Shown here piece by piece: positions 63,107-64,000 of a stretch of DNA of 64,000 bases. The translations under genes were made by a program, and so were the position numbers. This stretch comes from Oculina patagonica (lineage: Eukaryota), in contig NC_135770.1 in the NCBI RefSeq assembly GCF_052425735.1, positions 22,010,001 to 22,074,000 of the forward strand, read 5' to 3'. Numbering within the stretch: the first letter of the stretch is position 1; each line of letters starts with the position of its first letter. Under the pieces are notes generated by a model. The model did not search any database. It was not told the DNA's origin and was given only the letters and a program-made list of their open reading frames with translations.

Positions 63107-64000
63107 CTGGCGTGAGGTTAACAAGAATGAATTTAAAAAATATATCATGTATATGTATTAAACAAATAATTCAAATATTATTTCAGCAAAAATGTTTACA
63201 ACACTATCTGCCTCTTTATATTTAAAATTTTTCATTAATACGTTTACGTCATTTACTGGAATAAGCCCCCCGGCGCCAATTAAATTTATCGCGCCTCAAG
63301 TGCGGCGCTAATTCGAGAGCGGCGCTTATTTGAAAATAGCCTCTTCTGATGATTGTCAGTCTTCGTCTCTTGCTGATGAGAGAAGTAGCGCTAGCTGTCC
63401 TGGCAAAGTACGCGGTCTTCACAACATTTACAGAATTACGTGTTATGAGAATGTTGGATACAAAACTAATGGGCGAGCGGTAAAACAGTCACTTTGAACT
63501 GCAAAACATCGCTTTTGATGGAAAGAAGTCAGCTTGTTTTGGACGTCTTAAATTCATGTCAAGACGGTCAAACAGACGATTTTAAACGCAAGGGGCCTGG
63601 CACCGACACTGGCTGCCTCCGTCTTGGTTAACTTGCATGTTGAAAAATGGCTGACATCGGGTAAAAGCTAAATATCGAGCATGATAAAACGATTTTTATT
63701 TCCGTCTAAACTGTTTTGCAGAAAAGGCAGAATTACCTAAACCTTCAGCGCTTGTCGGCGTTGAAATGGTCACGGATCTTTCCAAACTCTCATTTGCAGT
63801 TTTTTGTAGAGCCAACGTATCTAAATAATGGGCCCTAGCTCGATCTCTATTGTCACTTGAGAGCACTTGCCATTTTGATTACACACACTACTTTTGCTAG
63901 TGCTACTTTGCTTTGAGGTCAAAATATGACCATTTCTTCGCCTAGTGCGAATTTAAGTCGGTTTTTAGACGACTTGTCCGTCTATAAATGACAAAGTCGT

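Overview
AT-rich eukaryotic DNA with one assembly gap (22550-22938). The gene and repeat content suggests a cnidarian, most likely a stony coral (inference). The host content is a minus-strand tandem cluster of six-exon genes for secreted proteins: signal peptide, PAN/apple-like domain, EGF repeat, then a Cys-containing C-terminal module whose start resembles fibrinogen-related domains. From memory this module matches coral 'uncharacterized skeletal organic matrix protein 5-like' proteins. Gene A (2353-6208) runs off the left edge. Gene B (25650-30963) is complete except for a GT->GA donor and has a spare frameshifted terminal exon. Gene C (36006-63106) lacks only exon 1, which is off the right edge. 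Four further copies of exon 1 with its upstream flank (three intact, one broken) lie upstream of gene A. Much of the remainder is mobile DNA, and in-window paralogues supply several empty sites. Elements include a Penelope-like element with inverted repeats and hammerhead ribozymes, a Tx1/L1 LINE in a (GAT)n tract, and an intact Crypton-type tyrosine-recombinase element. The largest is a 21.6 kb insertion in intron 3 of gene C, bounded by 11-bp TIRs and a TAA duplication. It holds a DIRS remnant, an ISL2EU-type transposon (DDE plus SAP/SWIM/YqaJ gene), a Mag-like Gypsy element, LINE fragments, a SINE and MITEs. All coordinates and alignments were read by eye and no searches were run.
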